DNA of 64,000 nucleotides from Candidatus Poribacteria bacterium (GCA_965214095.1 OZ243938.1:4736001-4800000), one strand, 5' to 3'. Positions 31,540-42,584 are shown, counted from the first letter of the stretch. Translations and numbers: made by a program. The notes: generated by a model not told the origin, from the sequence alone.

Positions 31540-32358
31540 ATGCGAAAAAACCAAGGATTAGTTAATTTTGTCTTTATTATATGCATCTTTTCATTACTCA
31601 GTTGCAATAAAACACAGCAAATGGAGGTAGCGGTTTCAGAGCCCATTGAAATAGTGGTGGATGAATCTCCTGTTGATGTATTGATTTATGTAGGTAAAAC
31701 CTTGTGGATACGGCCTGAAAATGCGAAAATTGAAGCAGAAATAACGAGAAACTTATTGGAACCGAAAGGAATACAAGTCGACATTACCGGAAGTGAGGAC
31801 TCACTTAGACACTGGATGCTTCAAACAACAGCCAACAGTTCCGTGAATGTCTGTATCCTTTACGGCACTTTACCTCACAGCATTTATCCCTCTGGAAATG
31901 CTCAACCCAATGATTCAGTTCTTGAAAAATGGATTGAATCAACGGATGGTGATACGCTTTTGAATCAGGCAGATTATTTTGGCTATAACAGTTCTGAAGG
32001 TAAAAAAGCAAACGAGCGCGGCGCGTTACAAAACCTAATGGATATTCCTGATATTGAGCTTGATGTTTATACACACAACACAAGAATGATTGTTACAGAA
32101 GAAGGTAAAACGCTAACACCCAGTTTGAATAATTTTGCATCTGACAGAACGTTTCCTCTGGATCAGCTTGAAGGTGAATGGTTTGCTGAAAAGATTTTAG
32201 CGACTGATACCGGCGGCTTGAATGCAACCTTTGCTGACCCCATTATTGTTCGAGATGGGGATCGTGGCAGAATAGCAGTTGTGTTTCATACACAGTATAA
32301 AGATAATCCAAAAGGTGAAGTTGCAGCCGAGATAATCCAATATCTATTGTCTGAATAA
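31540..32358 (+). CDS. Hypothetical lipoprotein (paralog of 17829-18653)
   Basis: Lipobox LLSC; motifs shared with the paralog. Confidence 0.75.
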   Translation: MRKNQGLVNFVFIICIFSLLSCNKTQQMEVAVSEPIEIVVDESPVDVLIYVGKTLWIRPENAKIEAEITRNLLEPKGIQVDITGSEDSLRHWMLQTTANSSVNVCILYGTLPHSIYPSGNAQPNDSVLEKWIESTDGDTLLNQADYFGYNSSEGKKANERGALQNLMDIPDIELDVYTHNTRMIVTEEGKTLTPSLNNFASDRTFPLDQLEGEWFAEKILATDTGGLNATFADPIIVRDGDRGRIAVVFHTQYKDNPKGEVAAEIIQYLLSE

Positions 32359-32372
32359 GACAGATCTGCAAA

Positions 32373-33341
32373 TTATTGTGTTATATCAATGACGGCACCC
32401 AAACCTTTTTCTTCTGCCTCTGACAGAACAACTGATGCAGCGACGGCATCCTGCACTGCAACGCCTACAGACTTGAAGAAAGTGATTTCGTCATCAGATT
32501 GTCGTCCAAGTTTGTTGCCATTGATAATTTCCCCTATTTCCGCATCAATTTGAGCATTTGGAATAATAAGGTCACCCGCTTCCTCTAAACAATCCTCTCG
32601 TGAATCCACTGCAATAAGGTCTGCACGGCGTATAGTGGTAGTATCAACTTCGCGCTTCTCTGGTATGAAAGTGCCGACTGCAGTGATATGTGTCCCCTGT
32701 TGAAGGTCATTCCCATCAAAAAGTGGTGTCGCAGAAGTTGTGGCACATAAGACAATATCGGCACCTACAACGACCTGTTTTGAGTGAGAAACGATGTTTA
32801 CTTCTGGTGCATCTGTCCACTCCGATATCTCAGCTGCAAGCCGTTCTGCAGAAGTCTGTGTACGACTCATGAGATTAACTCGCTTTATTGTCCTTACCGC
32901 CATGACGGCTTGCAGCTGCACTCTTGCTTGAACACCCGCTCCGAAAAGACCAACTGTTGATGCATTCGGACGTGCCAGCAAATCAGCTGCAATACCCCCT
33001 CCTGCACCTGTTCGAATTGCTGTGAGACTTGCACCATCCATGATTGCTTTTGGTTCACCTGTTGTTGGATCAAGAACTAACACTGTTGCTGTGATTCGAG
33101 GTAGATTCTGCTTTGGGTTTTCATCATATACTGATACGACTTTAATGCCAAATTCATTTCCTTCAGGAAGGTATGCAGGCATTATTAGTGTCACACCATT
33201 GTCTGTGGATATATGTTGGCGGGAGGGCATGGTTACTTTATCCGCTGAAAGTTGACTGTATGCATGACGCATAGCATCAATTGCCTTCGGCATAGGCAGT
33301 GCAGCTGTTACATCTGAAGCAGTAAGGATTCTTATTGCCAT
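32373..33341 (-). CDS. Ornithine cyclodeaminase/mu-crystallin family, likely pyrroline-2-carboxylate reductase
   Basis: LTAIRTGAG, GAGVQA and FKSVGVAVQD motifs; ATG at 33341; directly downstream of the c3LHyp dehydratase-like gene. Confidence 0.82.
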   Translation of the reverse strand: MAIRILTASDVTAALPMPKAIDAMRHAYSQLSADKVTMPSRQHISTDNGVTLIMPAYLPEGNEFGIKVVSVYDENPKQNLPRITATVLVLDPTTGEPKAIMDGASLTAIRTGAGGGIAADLLARPNASTVGLFGAGVQARVQLQAVMAVRTIKRVNLMSRTQTSAERLAAEISEWTDAPEVNIVSHSKQVVVGADIVLCATTSATPLFDGNDLQQGTHITAVGTFIPEKREVDTTTIRRADLIAVDSREDCLEEAGDLIIPNAQIDAEIGEIINGNKLGRQSDDEITFFKSVGVAVQDAVAASVVLSEAEEKGLGAVIDITQ

Positions 33342-33345
33342 AGCA

Positions 33346-34449
33346 TTATTCCACATTCACAACCACATCACCTAACACTTCCATCCGCGGTTTTATACCT
33401 AAACCCGGTTCGGTTGAGGCAGCCATTCTTCCGTTTTTTCTTTGTGGTGCTCCATCCGCGGTGCTGACAGAGACATAACTATTGAAATCTGTTGCTGTGA
33501 ATAAAAACTCAGTAGGTGTACTATGCGCGAGATGAGCAATTGCTGCTGTTGTAATATCTCCTCCCCAACTATCTTCAATCGTCATGGCGATGCCGAGTTC
33601 AACACACAGGTCTCTTGCTAATTTTGCCTTAGTAAGACCACCGAATTTGCTAATCTTAATGTTGACGACATCCATTGCTCTATCTGCATGTCCACGTAAC
33701 AAAGTATGGATGCTGTCAATTGTTTCGTCAAGCACAAACGGATGATCTGTGCGTTCGCGTATTGCCAAACATTCTTCATAAGACAAACACGGTTGTTCAA
33801 TATATACATCCACACCACTCACACCTCGGACGACTCTGGCAGCTTGATGCATTAACCATCCAGTGTTTGCATCTGCAATCAGAACATCACCGGGCTGCAG
33901 GAGTTGAGAGACGGCGTGGATACGTTCTATATCGGTGTTTGGATCACCACCCACTTTCAACTGGAATTTGCGATAACCTTCTGCACGGTAGGTTGCTACT
34001 TTCTTCGCCATCTCATCAGGAGATTGCTGTGAAATTGCACGATAGAGCATGAAATCATCACCATATCTACCACCAAGAAGTGTGCAGACCGGTTGTTCTG
34101 AGACCTTGCCCAAAATATCCCAACACGCGATGTCAATCCCAGACTTCACATAAGGATGTCCCTTGATAGCAATATCCATACGTTGATTCAACGGTAGCAG
34201 TTGCGTTGGATCTTCACCGATGAGATGCGGTGCAAGTTCAGCAATACCAGTACGTGTGCCTTCTGCATAAGCAGGTAAGTAGAATGGTCCCAAAGGACAG
34301 ACCTCTCCATAACCTGTTATACCTTCATCCGTTTCAACAGCGACGATTGTGCTATCAAACACGGATACAGATTTTCCTCCTGACCAGTTGTAACTGCCTT
34401 CGTGTAGCGGAAGATCAACTTGATAAGCTTTGATAGATTGTATTTTCAA
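33346..34449 (-). CDS. Enolase-superfamily (MLE subgroup) cis-3-hydroxy-L-proline dehydratase-like protein
   Basis: [51 protein letters not shown] and EDSWGGD motifs. Confidence 0.8.
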   Translation of the reverse strand: MKIQSIKAYQVDLPLHEGSYNWSGGKSVSVFDSTIVAVETDEGITGYGEVCPLGPFYLPAYAEGTRTGIAELAPHLIGEDPTQLLPLNQRMDIAIKGHPYVKSGIDIACWDILGKVSEQPVCTLLGGRYGDDFMLYRAISQQSPDEMAKKVATYRAEGYRKFQLKVGGDPNTDIERIHAVSQLLQPGDVLIADANTGWLMHQAARVVRGVSGVDVYIEQPCLSYEECLAIRERTDHPFVLDETIDSIHTLLRGHADRAMDVVNIKISKFGGLTKAKLARDLCVELGIAMTIEDSWGGDITTAAIAHLAHSTPTEFLFTATDFNSYVSVSTADGAPQRKNGRMAASTEPGLGIKPRMEVLGDVVVNVE

Positions 34450-34958
34450 TATTACTCCAAACGATTTAGATGATGTTTAAATCCTGATAATACAGGTTTA
34501 GTCTGACAAAATCGGGGTTAGAAACCCTCCTACAATGCGGATGGCAGACACCAAATCAAGAAATTAAGAAATCAATGGTATGAATGCCATTGAGGCATTC
34601 TCCGGGTTTTTAGTAGCAGGATAGCCGTTCTCTATTCACCTATCAGTCCTCTGGGAATTTCTACATTATTCTTACAGGTTTGTTGACTAATATAATAGGT
34701 TATTTTGGCGAAGGTATTGTTATAAGATGATACCTTTTCAATACCACGCTCACTCAGGGTTATATATCATCAAATTTATCTAATAGCGTTGTGAATTCAT
34801 TGGTAAGTGTCCTGAAGTGTTGGTGCCTCTGTCATCGTTGGCCTGGTAGTGGAACGTATGATTCAAGGACAATCGGAATAACACACCCTAAAAAAGATAT
34901 GAAATACGTTTGGTACTGATCTGAAGTCTTAGGGTTATTATTGTGATTGTTATTCCTT

Positions 34959-35741
34959 TCAGGGATTGTGCACACAACGAAAACCGCCAAAAGCACTTGC
35001 ATAATTTGGGATTCCAGCATCACGGTTATCCACCCGTAAAAAAATGATGTTATCTGACCAACTACCGCCTCGGAAGACGCGAGAAGTCTTTCTATTCTTG
35101 AAATTATCTATCACATCTGTTATAGAATCCTTGTTGAAGGGATTCTGGTTCTTAGATTTCACATAAAACTCATTATCATATTCATCTAAACACCATTCCC
35201 ACACATTGCCAGCCATATCGTATAATCCGTATCCGTTGGGATCATACTGTCCAACAAGTTCGGTATCATTGACATACCTTGCATGGTTAGCCTGCTCAGG
35301 ATCCGTATCATCACCCCATGGATATGCCATACCGACCAGACCACCACGAGCCGCTTTTTCCCATTCCGCTTCTGTCGGTAATCGTTTTCTTGCCCATTGT
35401 GCGTAAGCCATAGCGGCATACCAGCTGACATAAATAACTGGATGATTACCTTTTCCCGTGGGGTAGTTGTTCTTATCCCATAACCTTAGATATGTGCTAT
35501 CATGGAACCGATCAGCAATGTTTTCTTTTTGCCATTCTGGATTAGCATCAATGAACTCTTTGAATTGTTCGTTCGTTACTTCGTAGATGTCCATGTAAAA
35601 ATCATCAACGTAAACGACATGTCTCGGACTTTCATCTGTGGGACCATCGTTACGGCCCATTTCAAACTCACCTGCAGGTATAAACACCATACCTTCAGGT
35701 ACAACAATTGCGTGCGAAATACAGCTTAGAAGCACACACAA
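34959..35741 (-). CDS. FGE-sulfatase (SUMF1) domain protein, C-type lectin fold; start uncertain
   Basis: RLPTEAEWEKAARGG, NGYGLYDMAGNVWEW, RGGSW and GFRC motifs. Confidence 0.88.
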   Translation of the reverse strand: MCVLLSCISHAIVVPEGMVFIPAGEFEMGRNDGPTDESPRHVVYVDDFYMDIYEVTNEQFKEFIDANPEWQKENIADRFHDSTYLRLWDKNNYPTGKGNHPVIYVSWYAAMAYAQWARKRLPTEAEWEKAARGGLVGMAYPWGDDTDPEQANHARYVNDTELVGQYDPNGYGLYDMAGNVWEWCLDEYDNEFYVKSKNQNPFNKDSITDVIDNFKNRKTSRVFRGGSWSDNIIFLRVDNRDAGIPNYASAFGGFRCVHNP

Positions 35742-36193
35742 AAAAAAGTTGAAATATTCTTCCTTTAATCATAACTCTTTAAAATAAGCACGCAAAGGAG
35801 TAAAAATGAATTTCATTTATCACCTCCATAATATTCTTTATGTATGAGTTTTACCTCAAATTAGTTTGTGTGTATGAAACAATCAACTTCTTTCCGTGCT
35901 AAAATCCTTCCTGATTTTGAAACGGCACTTATACTGTAGAAAACGCCGTTTATCCTGTAAAACCTTTTTTTGTAATTCTTTCTATGAGATACTGCCATTT
36001 CAATATCCCTTCAATGTCTTCCTTGTTGGTCTGATGGCGATTCTCGTATTAGAGATCAATTATTCTACATTCCTCATCACTTGATTCTATTCATGTCATC
36101 TCCTTGCTTATTGTAACGTGAGTTTGATAATTAAATCTAATATCCGTTATAGGTTAGGTTGAGGAACGAAACCTATAGGTCTCAATTTAAATA

Positions 36194-36931
36194 TCAACCA
36201 CTTGGAACTTGCTCAATAATTCGGTCAGCCAACTTGGAAAATGGTAAACTCTGTAGATATACGGTGCCAGTACCTTGTAATGTAGCAAGGAACAGTCCTT
36301 CACCACCGAAGAACATAGACTTCAGTCCCTTAACCCTTTCAATACTATAATTGATACCTGGGGTAAAAGCGACAAGACATCCAGTATCAAGTCGAATAGC
36401 CTCGTTATTCAGTTCCTTTTTTATAACTGTACCGCCAGCATGTACAAAAGCCATTCCATCACCGCGTAGTAGTTGGAGGATAAAACCTTCTCCTCCGAAG
36501 AAACCTGCTCCCAATTTTTGTGTAAAGGCAATAGTAAGCTCAGTTCCATGTGCAGCACAAAGAAATGCATCCTTCTGACAAGTCAGTTCTCCACCGACTT
36601 CACTCAGATCTATAGGTATAATATGTCCAGGATATGGTGCTGCAAATGCAACACGTCTTTTGTTATTGCCTGTGTTGGTGAAGTGAGTCATAAACAGTGA
36701 TTCCCCAGTGAGAGCACGTTTTCCGGCACTGAAGAGTTTTCCGACCAATCCGTCACCACCACTGGTGCCATCACCCATCTTGGCTTCAAACTCAATATCA
36801 TCATCCATCCAGTTCATTGCACCGGCTTCCGCGACGATTGTTTCACCTAAATCCAGTTCTACTTCAACGACTTGCATATCGTTTCCAAAAATTTCGTAAT
36901 CTATTTCATGGCTACGCATTTGTTCCTCCAA
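36194..36931 (-). CDS. TIGR00266/AIM24 family protein
   Basis: [27 protein letters not shown] and LQSLPFS motifs. Confidence 0.9.
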   Translation of the reverse strand: MEEQMRSHEIDYEIFGNDMQVVEVELDLGETIVAEAGAMNWMDDDIEFEAKMGDGTSGGDGLVGKLFSAGKRALTGESLFMTHFTNTGNNKRRVAFAAPYPGHIIPIDLSEVGGELTCQKDAFLCAAHGTELTIAFTQKLGAGFFGGEGFILQLLRGDGMAFVHAGGTVIKKELNNEAIRLDTGCLVAFTPGINYSIERVKGLKSMFFGGEGLFLATLQGTGTVYLQSLPFSKLADRIIEQVPSG

Positions 36932-37219
36932 CAGATATTGGGAAAAATTAGTATATGTTAGTTCAATTTGGTTTGATTGTTGGGACAGATAACTACGAAA
37001 TGTCCTTAATAATTTAAATTAATAATAACATAATTCCATCTTGATACTCAAGGTATATTTAGTTTATAGGACAACACGGTCTTGTATAGAATACCGTCAA
37101 CTTTTCTTCAACCTTTTACCAAAAAACACGTTAAATAAAGATACCATATTAGTTTACAACACTTTCATATACACATCAGGAGTACCAATTATATAAATTA
37201 CTTCTATGAGGTTTGATTT

Positions 37220-39718
37220 ATGCACGGACCATCATCGGGTTCAAGACGCGGTAGATCGCATCGGATGGGAATGGGATCATTTGGTAGTAAACCACGCAAT
37301 AGAAAAAAAGGTGATAATGAATTAACGACCAAGGAAGAAATCCCGGAAATCCTTGAAAAACGTGCCCAAGAACTGCTTGATAATGGAGAAGAAATAAAGG
37401 TTGCCGTTTCAACCGATTTACAGTTTGATGGCACTTATGGTAAAGATTGGCTATTAGCAACAGATAAAAGACTTATTGCGTTCAATCAGAACGGTGCACT
37501 TGGTCACGACATACAAGAAGTGTCTCTCACTGCAGTAGAAGATATTGAAATCCTTGAAATGTACGGCAATAACATTCTCAAGGTTACCACTTCCGAAAGT
37601 GCTGTTGAGTTGGCGCGATATTCTAAGCGGTTAACTCCAAAATTCAACATGACAGTCGCTGAATTAGAGACCTTGTCTTCATCAAAAGGTTCCGTTCTTT
37701 CAGAAAAGCGTGGCCGTAGAAGACCTGGACTAGGTGGACGTGGTGGTCCTCCCGGTTTTCGAAGCGGCGGAGATAGATCACGATGTGAGAAATGTGGTGA
37801 ACCCATCCCAAGTTGGTCAGGTGTCTGTATCAACTGTGTCCAAAAAAGCAAACTCATTTTCCGTCTATTCAAATATGCCCTTCCATTCCTATATGTCATT
37901 ATTCCTGCCTTCCTAATGATGTTAGTGATCCGATTTATTGATGTGTATCCTGGTAAACTTAGCAGAGAATTGGTGGATAATATCCTGGTACCTGCTGGCA
38001 ATGTTTTTGCAGTTGCAAATGCCGATGGACAAGCAATTCCTGAGCAGCTACCAGAGACATCTTGGGGACACCTTGAGGGTCTCAGTAATACATTAAGCAG
38101 TTGGTTTGGGAGCATGCCGCTTGCCGGTAGTTTCGGGCATTTCCTAACCATTATCCTTATTATGGTTGGTCTTAGTGTCTTTAATATGGGTTTATCCTCA
38201 GTACGCGGCTATATGATGGCTTGGGTAGGTCAGAACATTACAAGGCGGCTGCAAAATCAGACTTATGAACATCTGAATACGCTTTCTATTGATTTTTTCC
38301 ATGATCGTGACACTGGCAATCTGATGTCCAGAATTACGCACGATGTGTCAAGGCTTAGAGATTTCATTGCAAACGGACTTCAAGATATTATCGGTGATTC
38401 ACTCACACTGATATTTATGTGTGCTTTAATGTTCGCTGCAAGTTGGAAGCTTGCGTTATGGGTTCTAATTCCGATTCCTTGTCTCATCTTTTTTACAATT
38501 TTATTTGGTAAACAGATGAGTAAAGTATATCAGGTTTTGTGGAAACGTTATGCGAATATCAGTACAATTCTGGCAAGTGTAATTCCCGGTGTTCGTGTTG
38601 TCAAAGCCTTTGCAAGAGAACGATATGAGATAAATAGATTCAGTGAACTGACATATCAAGTGTTTTCTGGTGAATTGAACGCAGCAAAACTAGGGTCACT
38701 TTACCGACCCATCATGCAGTTTATAACCTACTCAGCTTCAATAATCATCTGGTTAGTGGGTGGATGGCAGATACTTCAAGGAGAATTGACACTTGGTATA
38801 CTATTTGAGTTTCAATATTATATGGTGCGTTTCTTTGGTCCTGTAAGGACTCTCTGTGAAATGAATGAAAGATTTATCCGAGCGGGTACTTCCGCAGAAC
38901 GCGTCTTTGAGATATTAGACACGCCTCCTACCGTCTCAGATAGAGATGATGCACAAACAATTGACAACATTAAAGGTGACATTGAATTTAGAGAGGTATT
39001 CTTCACTTACGATAACGAGAAGAATGCTATAAATGGTGTGAGTTTCCAAGTTGAGGCAGGTGAGATGATCGGCTTGGTCGGACACAGTGGTGCAGGAAAA
39101 AGCACTCTCGTCAATCTCATTACGCGGTTCTATGACCCAATGCAAGGGTCAATCGTTATTGATGGACATGATAGCAAAGACATACGCGTTAAATCATTGC
39201 GTCAACAGATTGGTGTTGTCCTGCAAGACCCTTTCCTCTTTGATGGAACAATCGCAGAAAATATCGGTTATTCAAAACCAGGTGCATCTCGGATAGAGAT
39301 CATTGCATCAGCGAAAGCTGCAAATGCACATGATTTTATAGTCAAATTTCCTGATGGATATGATACTATGGTCGGTGAAAGAGGCGCACGCGTTTCTGGT
39401 GGTGAAAGACAAAGAATTTCCATCGCTCGTGCCATTTTGAAGAATCCACGTATCTTGATCCTTGACGAAGCCACATCTTCTATTGACACTGAAACAGAAT
39501 CTAAAATCCAAGAAGCGTTGGAACGACTTGTCAGAGGGAGAACAGTGTTTGCAATTGCACATAGACTCTCAACGCTAAAATATGCAGATCGTCTCGTCGT
39601 TTTGAAAGATGGTGAAGTGGATGAGATTGGCACACATGAGCAATTGATTGCACAAGACGGCACTTATGCTAATCTGTGTCAGAAACAGACTGAATTATCA
39701 AGAATCCGTGCATGGTAA
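37220..39718 (+). CDS. ABC exporter (fused TMD-NBD) with N-terminal PH-like domain and Zn ribbon
   Basis: GHSGAGKS, VSGGERQR and ILDEATSS motifs; CEKC...CINC. Confidence 0.92.
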   Translation: MHGPSSGSRRGRSHRMGMGSFGSKPRNRKKGDNELTTKEEIPEILEKRAQELLDNGEEIKVAVSTDLQFDGTYGKDWLLATDKRLIAFNQNGALGHDIQEVSLTAVEDIEILEMYGNNILKVTTSESAVELARYSKRLTPKFNMTVAELETLSSSKGSVLSEKRGRRRPGLGGRGGPPGFRSGGDRSRCEKCGEPIPSWSGVCINCVQKSKLIFRLFKYALPFLYVIIPAFLMMLVIRFIDVYPGKLSRELVDNILVPAGNVFAVANADGQAIPEQLPETSWGHLEGLSNTLSSWFGSMPLAGSFGHFLTIILIMVGLSVFNMGLSSVRGYMMAWVGQNITRRLQNQTYEHLNTLSIDFFHDRDTGNLMSRITHDVSRLRDFIANGLQDIIGDSLTLIFMCALMFAASWKLALWVLIPIPCLIFFTILFGKQMSKVYQVLWKRYANISTILASVIPGVRVVKAFARERYEINRFSELTYQVFSGELNAAKLGSLYRPIMQFITYSASIIIWLVGGWQILQGELTLGILFEFQYYMVRFFGPVRTLCEMNERFIRAGTSAERVFEILDTPPTVSDRDDAQTIDNIKGDIEFREVFFTYDNEKNAINGVSFQVEAGEMIGLVGHSGAGKSTLVNLITRFYDPMQGSIVIDGHDSKDIRVKSLRQQIGVVLQDPFLFDGTIAENIGYSKPGASRIEIIASAKAANAHDFIVKFPDGYDTMVGERGARVSGGERQRISIARAILKNPRILILDEATSSIDTETESKIQEALERLVRGRTVFAIAHRLSTLKYADRLVVLKDGEVDEIGTHEQLIAQDGTYANLCQKQTELSRIRAW

Positions 39719-39749
39719 CAGTAATCAGTGGGTTGTAGGAGAAAACTTG

Positions 39750-40259
39750 ATGCATGAAGCAATTAAAGTTACAGACGAATTAGAATTCCTTGATGTCAAT
39801 AGCATGAGTATCAGTCGCAATGCATTTGCAGAACTTGTTGTGGACTTTTCCGATGGAACAACATATACAAGAATTGAACCTGCACGTAGTTTTCCTATTA
39901 GTGATACGATGCGTTATATCACTCTATTTGATAGTGATGGTAATGAAATTGGGGTAGTTGAAGATGTGAATAAACTTTCATCCAATTCTCGTGATGTTCT
40001 CATAGAAGAACTGCAAAAAAGATATTTTATGCCGAAGATTACTAAGATTAACTCACTTTATGGACAATTCGGTGTCACGACGTGGCAGGTTGAAACATCA
40101 CAAGGAGATGTAGAATTCGGTGTCCGCACACGATACGATATAGTTACCCTTGAAAATGGTCGTGTTTTAATTAAAGATGCTGATGGTAACCGATACGAAA
40201 TTGAGGACTATAAAAAATTAGACACAAAAAGCTACAATCTCTTACAGACTCAATTGTAA
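39750..40259 (+). CDS. DUF1854 domain protein
   Basis: ATG at 39750 after AGGAG; RSFPIS, EIG, RYFMPKI, WQVET and DADGNRYEI motifs; usual partner of this ABC subfamily. Confidence 0.82.
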   Translation: MHEAIKVTDELEFLDVNSMSISRNAFAELVVDFSDGTTYTRIEPARSFPISDTMRYITLFDSDGNEIGVVEDVNKLSSNSRDVLIEELQKRYFMPKITKINSLYGQFGVTTWQVETSQGDVEFGVRTRYDIVTLENGRVLIKDADGNRYEIEDYKKLDTKSYNLLQTQL

Positions 40260-40275
40260 TTGATATGGAATTTAT

Positions 40276-40441
40276 TATAGTGAAATGTAAAAATACATGC
40301 ACACTCCCCGGAAGATGCGGTTTCCTAACCAATGCAGAATGCCATACGCGCATTCTGTCTAACTATGAGACTGAACAAACACCGGTTCGATTAGGAAACC
40401 GAACCTACCGTAGTGTGTAAATAATTATGGTTTTTACTATA
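40276..40441 (-). repeat. MITE-like repeat family A, long variant, inverted
   Basis: TATAGT...ACTATA termini; reverse complement of 42378-42533. Confidence 0.85.
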
Positions 40442-40453
40442 AGGAGAGTAAAT

Positions 40454-41578
40454 TTGGATAACGTCAAAATAGAACGTATTGAATGGGGACGGTTGACAGG
40501 AGAACGTCCGCGTAAAGCAGGATGCAATTCACGTCTTGGTGAACACGGTTTACACGTACGACCTGCATTCGCAAGACTCACTACCACTGAAGGTGTCTGT
40601 GGTATAGGCACTTCATCAATATCTCGTGAAAAAGCTGAATCTATCATTGGTTTCAACCTATCAGATGTTTTTGATAGTGAAAACGGTGTAAATGAAGATT
40701 ATCAATTCATGGAATATCCGATATGGGATTTAGTTGGACAGTTGGAACAAAAACCTGTCTACTCAATGTTATCAGGTAAAAATGGAGACTTCAAAGCACC
40801 TTGTTATGATACTTCTCTTTACATTGATGACTTGCACATTGATGATAATGCTGAAGCTGCTGCCCTCATTGCCTCTGAAGCACTTGAAGGTAAGGCACGC
40901 GGACATAATGCATATAAAATCAAGGTTGGTCGTGGCGCGATGCACATGTCACTTGAAAAGGGAACACAACGTGATATTGATGTTATCAAAGCCGTGCGTG
41001 AAGCTGTGGGGTCCGATGCCACTATCCTTATTGACGCAAACAACGGATACAATCTCAACATTACAAAACAGGTTTTAGGTGGTGCAGCTGAAGCAAATGT
41101 CTATTGGATGGAAGAAGCATTTCATGAAGATGCACGTGTTTATGGCATATTAAAGGAATGGTTAGACACTGAAGGTATAAAAACTAAAATCGCTGATGGT
41201 GAAGGCGGTGCTTCTCCAAACCTGATTAATTGGGCAAAAAATGGACTTATAGACATTGTGCAATACGACATATTCCATCCCGGTTTCACAAGATGGCTTG
41301 AATTGGGACCTGAATTAGATGCAGTCAACGTTGGCACAGCACCGCATCACTATGGAGGATATTACGGAAACTTTGTAACAGGTCATTTGGCTGCGAAGAT
41401 TGAGAAATTTGAGTTTGTTGAATGGGATCATGCTGATACACCTGGTATAGACGATTCCAATTATTCTATTTCAAACGGCTATGTAAATATACCAAATCTT
41501 CCCGGCTTTGGATTGAGTATTGAAGAAGATGCATATCAAAAAGTCGTTAAAGAAAACGGGTTTATTGTTACTTCATAA
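40454..41578 (+). CDS. Mandelate racemase/MLE enolase-superfamily protein
   Basis: TTG at 40454 after AAGGAG; YKIKVG, IDANNG, WMEEAF and ADGE motifs. Confidence 0.85.
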   Translation: MDNVKIERIEWGRLTGERPRKAGCNSRLGEHGLHVRPAFARLTTTEGVCGIGTSSISREKAESIIGFNLSDVFDSENGVNEDYQFMEYPIWDLVGQLEQKPVYSMLSGKNGDFKAPCYDTSLYIDDLHIDDNAEAAALIASEALEGKARGHNAYKIKVGRGAMHMSLEKGTQRDIDVIKAVREAVGSDATILIDANNGYNLNITKQVLGGAAEANVYWMEEAFHEDARVYGILKEWLDTEGIKTKIADGEGGASPNLINWAKNGLIDIVQYDIFHPGFTRWLELGPELDAVNVGTAPHHYGGYYGNFVTGHLAAKIEKFEFVEWDHADTPGIDDSNYSISNGYVNIPNLPGFGLSIEEDAYQKVVKENGFIVTS

Positions 41579-41598
41579 TAATTGAGGAATACAAATCT

Positions 41599-42336
41599 AT
41601 GGCTTATCTAACAGACGCAGACAAAGAGTTCTTCAAAGAGAACGGATATCTGGTTGTACGGGGTGCACTTGATCAGAATGAAATTGATGCTGCACTGGAT
41701 AGAGTATGGGAATCTTTAGACGAAGATAGAAATGATCCTGAATCCTGGATTCAGAAAGGATATCGTACTGCTCCTATTGGTGGCGAAGATGTTATCAAGG
41801 GAACAATCTACGGAAATAAAGTATTTGATATGGCTGAGGAAATGGTTGGTAAAGATAAACTTCATACAGGTGGAGGGGCAGGTCCACACATCAATTTTCC
41901 TGATCCTGACAGAGAATTTCGCGAACCACTCGGTCATCTTGATGGGTACCATACACCGTCAAACGGTGTTCCCAAAGGTGTCGTTGGCGCATTTACGCTC
42001 GGTGCATCTGTATATTTGGATACTGTGGAAAAACACGGCGGCGGGTTTACGATATGGCCTGGAAGTCATCGTATCTGGGCAGAATACTTCAGGCATCACG
42101 ACTTGGATAGCCTACCTGGCGGCGTTGCTCCGTTTGATTTGGGAGCCAGCTATGAATTCACAGGTGAAGGCGGGGATGTATGTTTCTGGCATCATCAGAT
42201 GAGTCATACAGCAGGACCAAATTGTGGACGTAATGTCAGAATCGCTCTTATCGGCAGATACCGTAGGAAAGACCTTGATGAGATTAAGTTTGACACCCCT
42301 GAAGATATGTGGAGGTATTGGGATGGTTTAGCATAG
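41599..42336 (+). CDS. Phytanoyl-CoA dioxygenase (PhyH) family Fe(II)/2OG oxygenase
   Basis: FFKENGYLVV, HLDG, WPGSH and GDVCFWHHQMSH motifs. Confidence 0.85.
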   Translation: MAYLTDADKEFFKENGYLVVRGALDQNEIDAALDRVWESLDEDRNDPESWIQKGYRTAPIGGEDVIKGTIYGNKVFDMAEEMVGKDKLHTGGGAGPHINFPDPDREFREPLGHLDGYHTPSNGVPKGVVGAFTLGASVYLDTVEKHGGGFTIWPGSHRIWAEYFRHHDLDSLPGGVAPFDLGASYEFTGEGGDVCFWHHQMSHTAGPNCGRNVRIALIGRYRRKDLDEIKFDTPEDMWRYWDGLA

Positions 42337-42377
42337 AATCATTTGGATAACCATGTGAAGTGCCATCGATTTTTTAG

Positions 42378-42533
42378 ACCATAATTATTTACACACTACG
42401 GTAGGTTCGGTTTCCTAACCGAACCGGTGTTTGTTCAGTCTCATAGTTAGGCAGAATGCGCGTATGGCATTCTGCATTGGTTAGGAAACCGCATCTACCG
42501 GAGAGTGTGCACGTATTTTTGCATTTCACTATA
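42378..42533 (+). repeat. MITE-like repeat family A, long variant with eroded left end
   Basis: Shares the extra CAGAATGCGCGTATGGCATTCTG hairpin with 40276-40441. Confidence 0.85.
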
Positions 42534-42584
42534 AATAAATTAATTACAATAATTGACATAATTCAATAGAAAGTTAGGAGTTTC

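Noticed and set aside
34959-35080. Diversity-generating retroelement target (C-type lectin-fold FGE C-terminus)
   Set aside because: No reverse transcriptase, Avd or adenine-variant template repeat was seen in the window.
40427-40453. ORF-track start of the enolase at 40427
   Set aside because: It lies inside the MITE; TTG at 40454 has the RBS.
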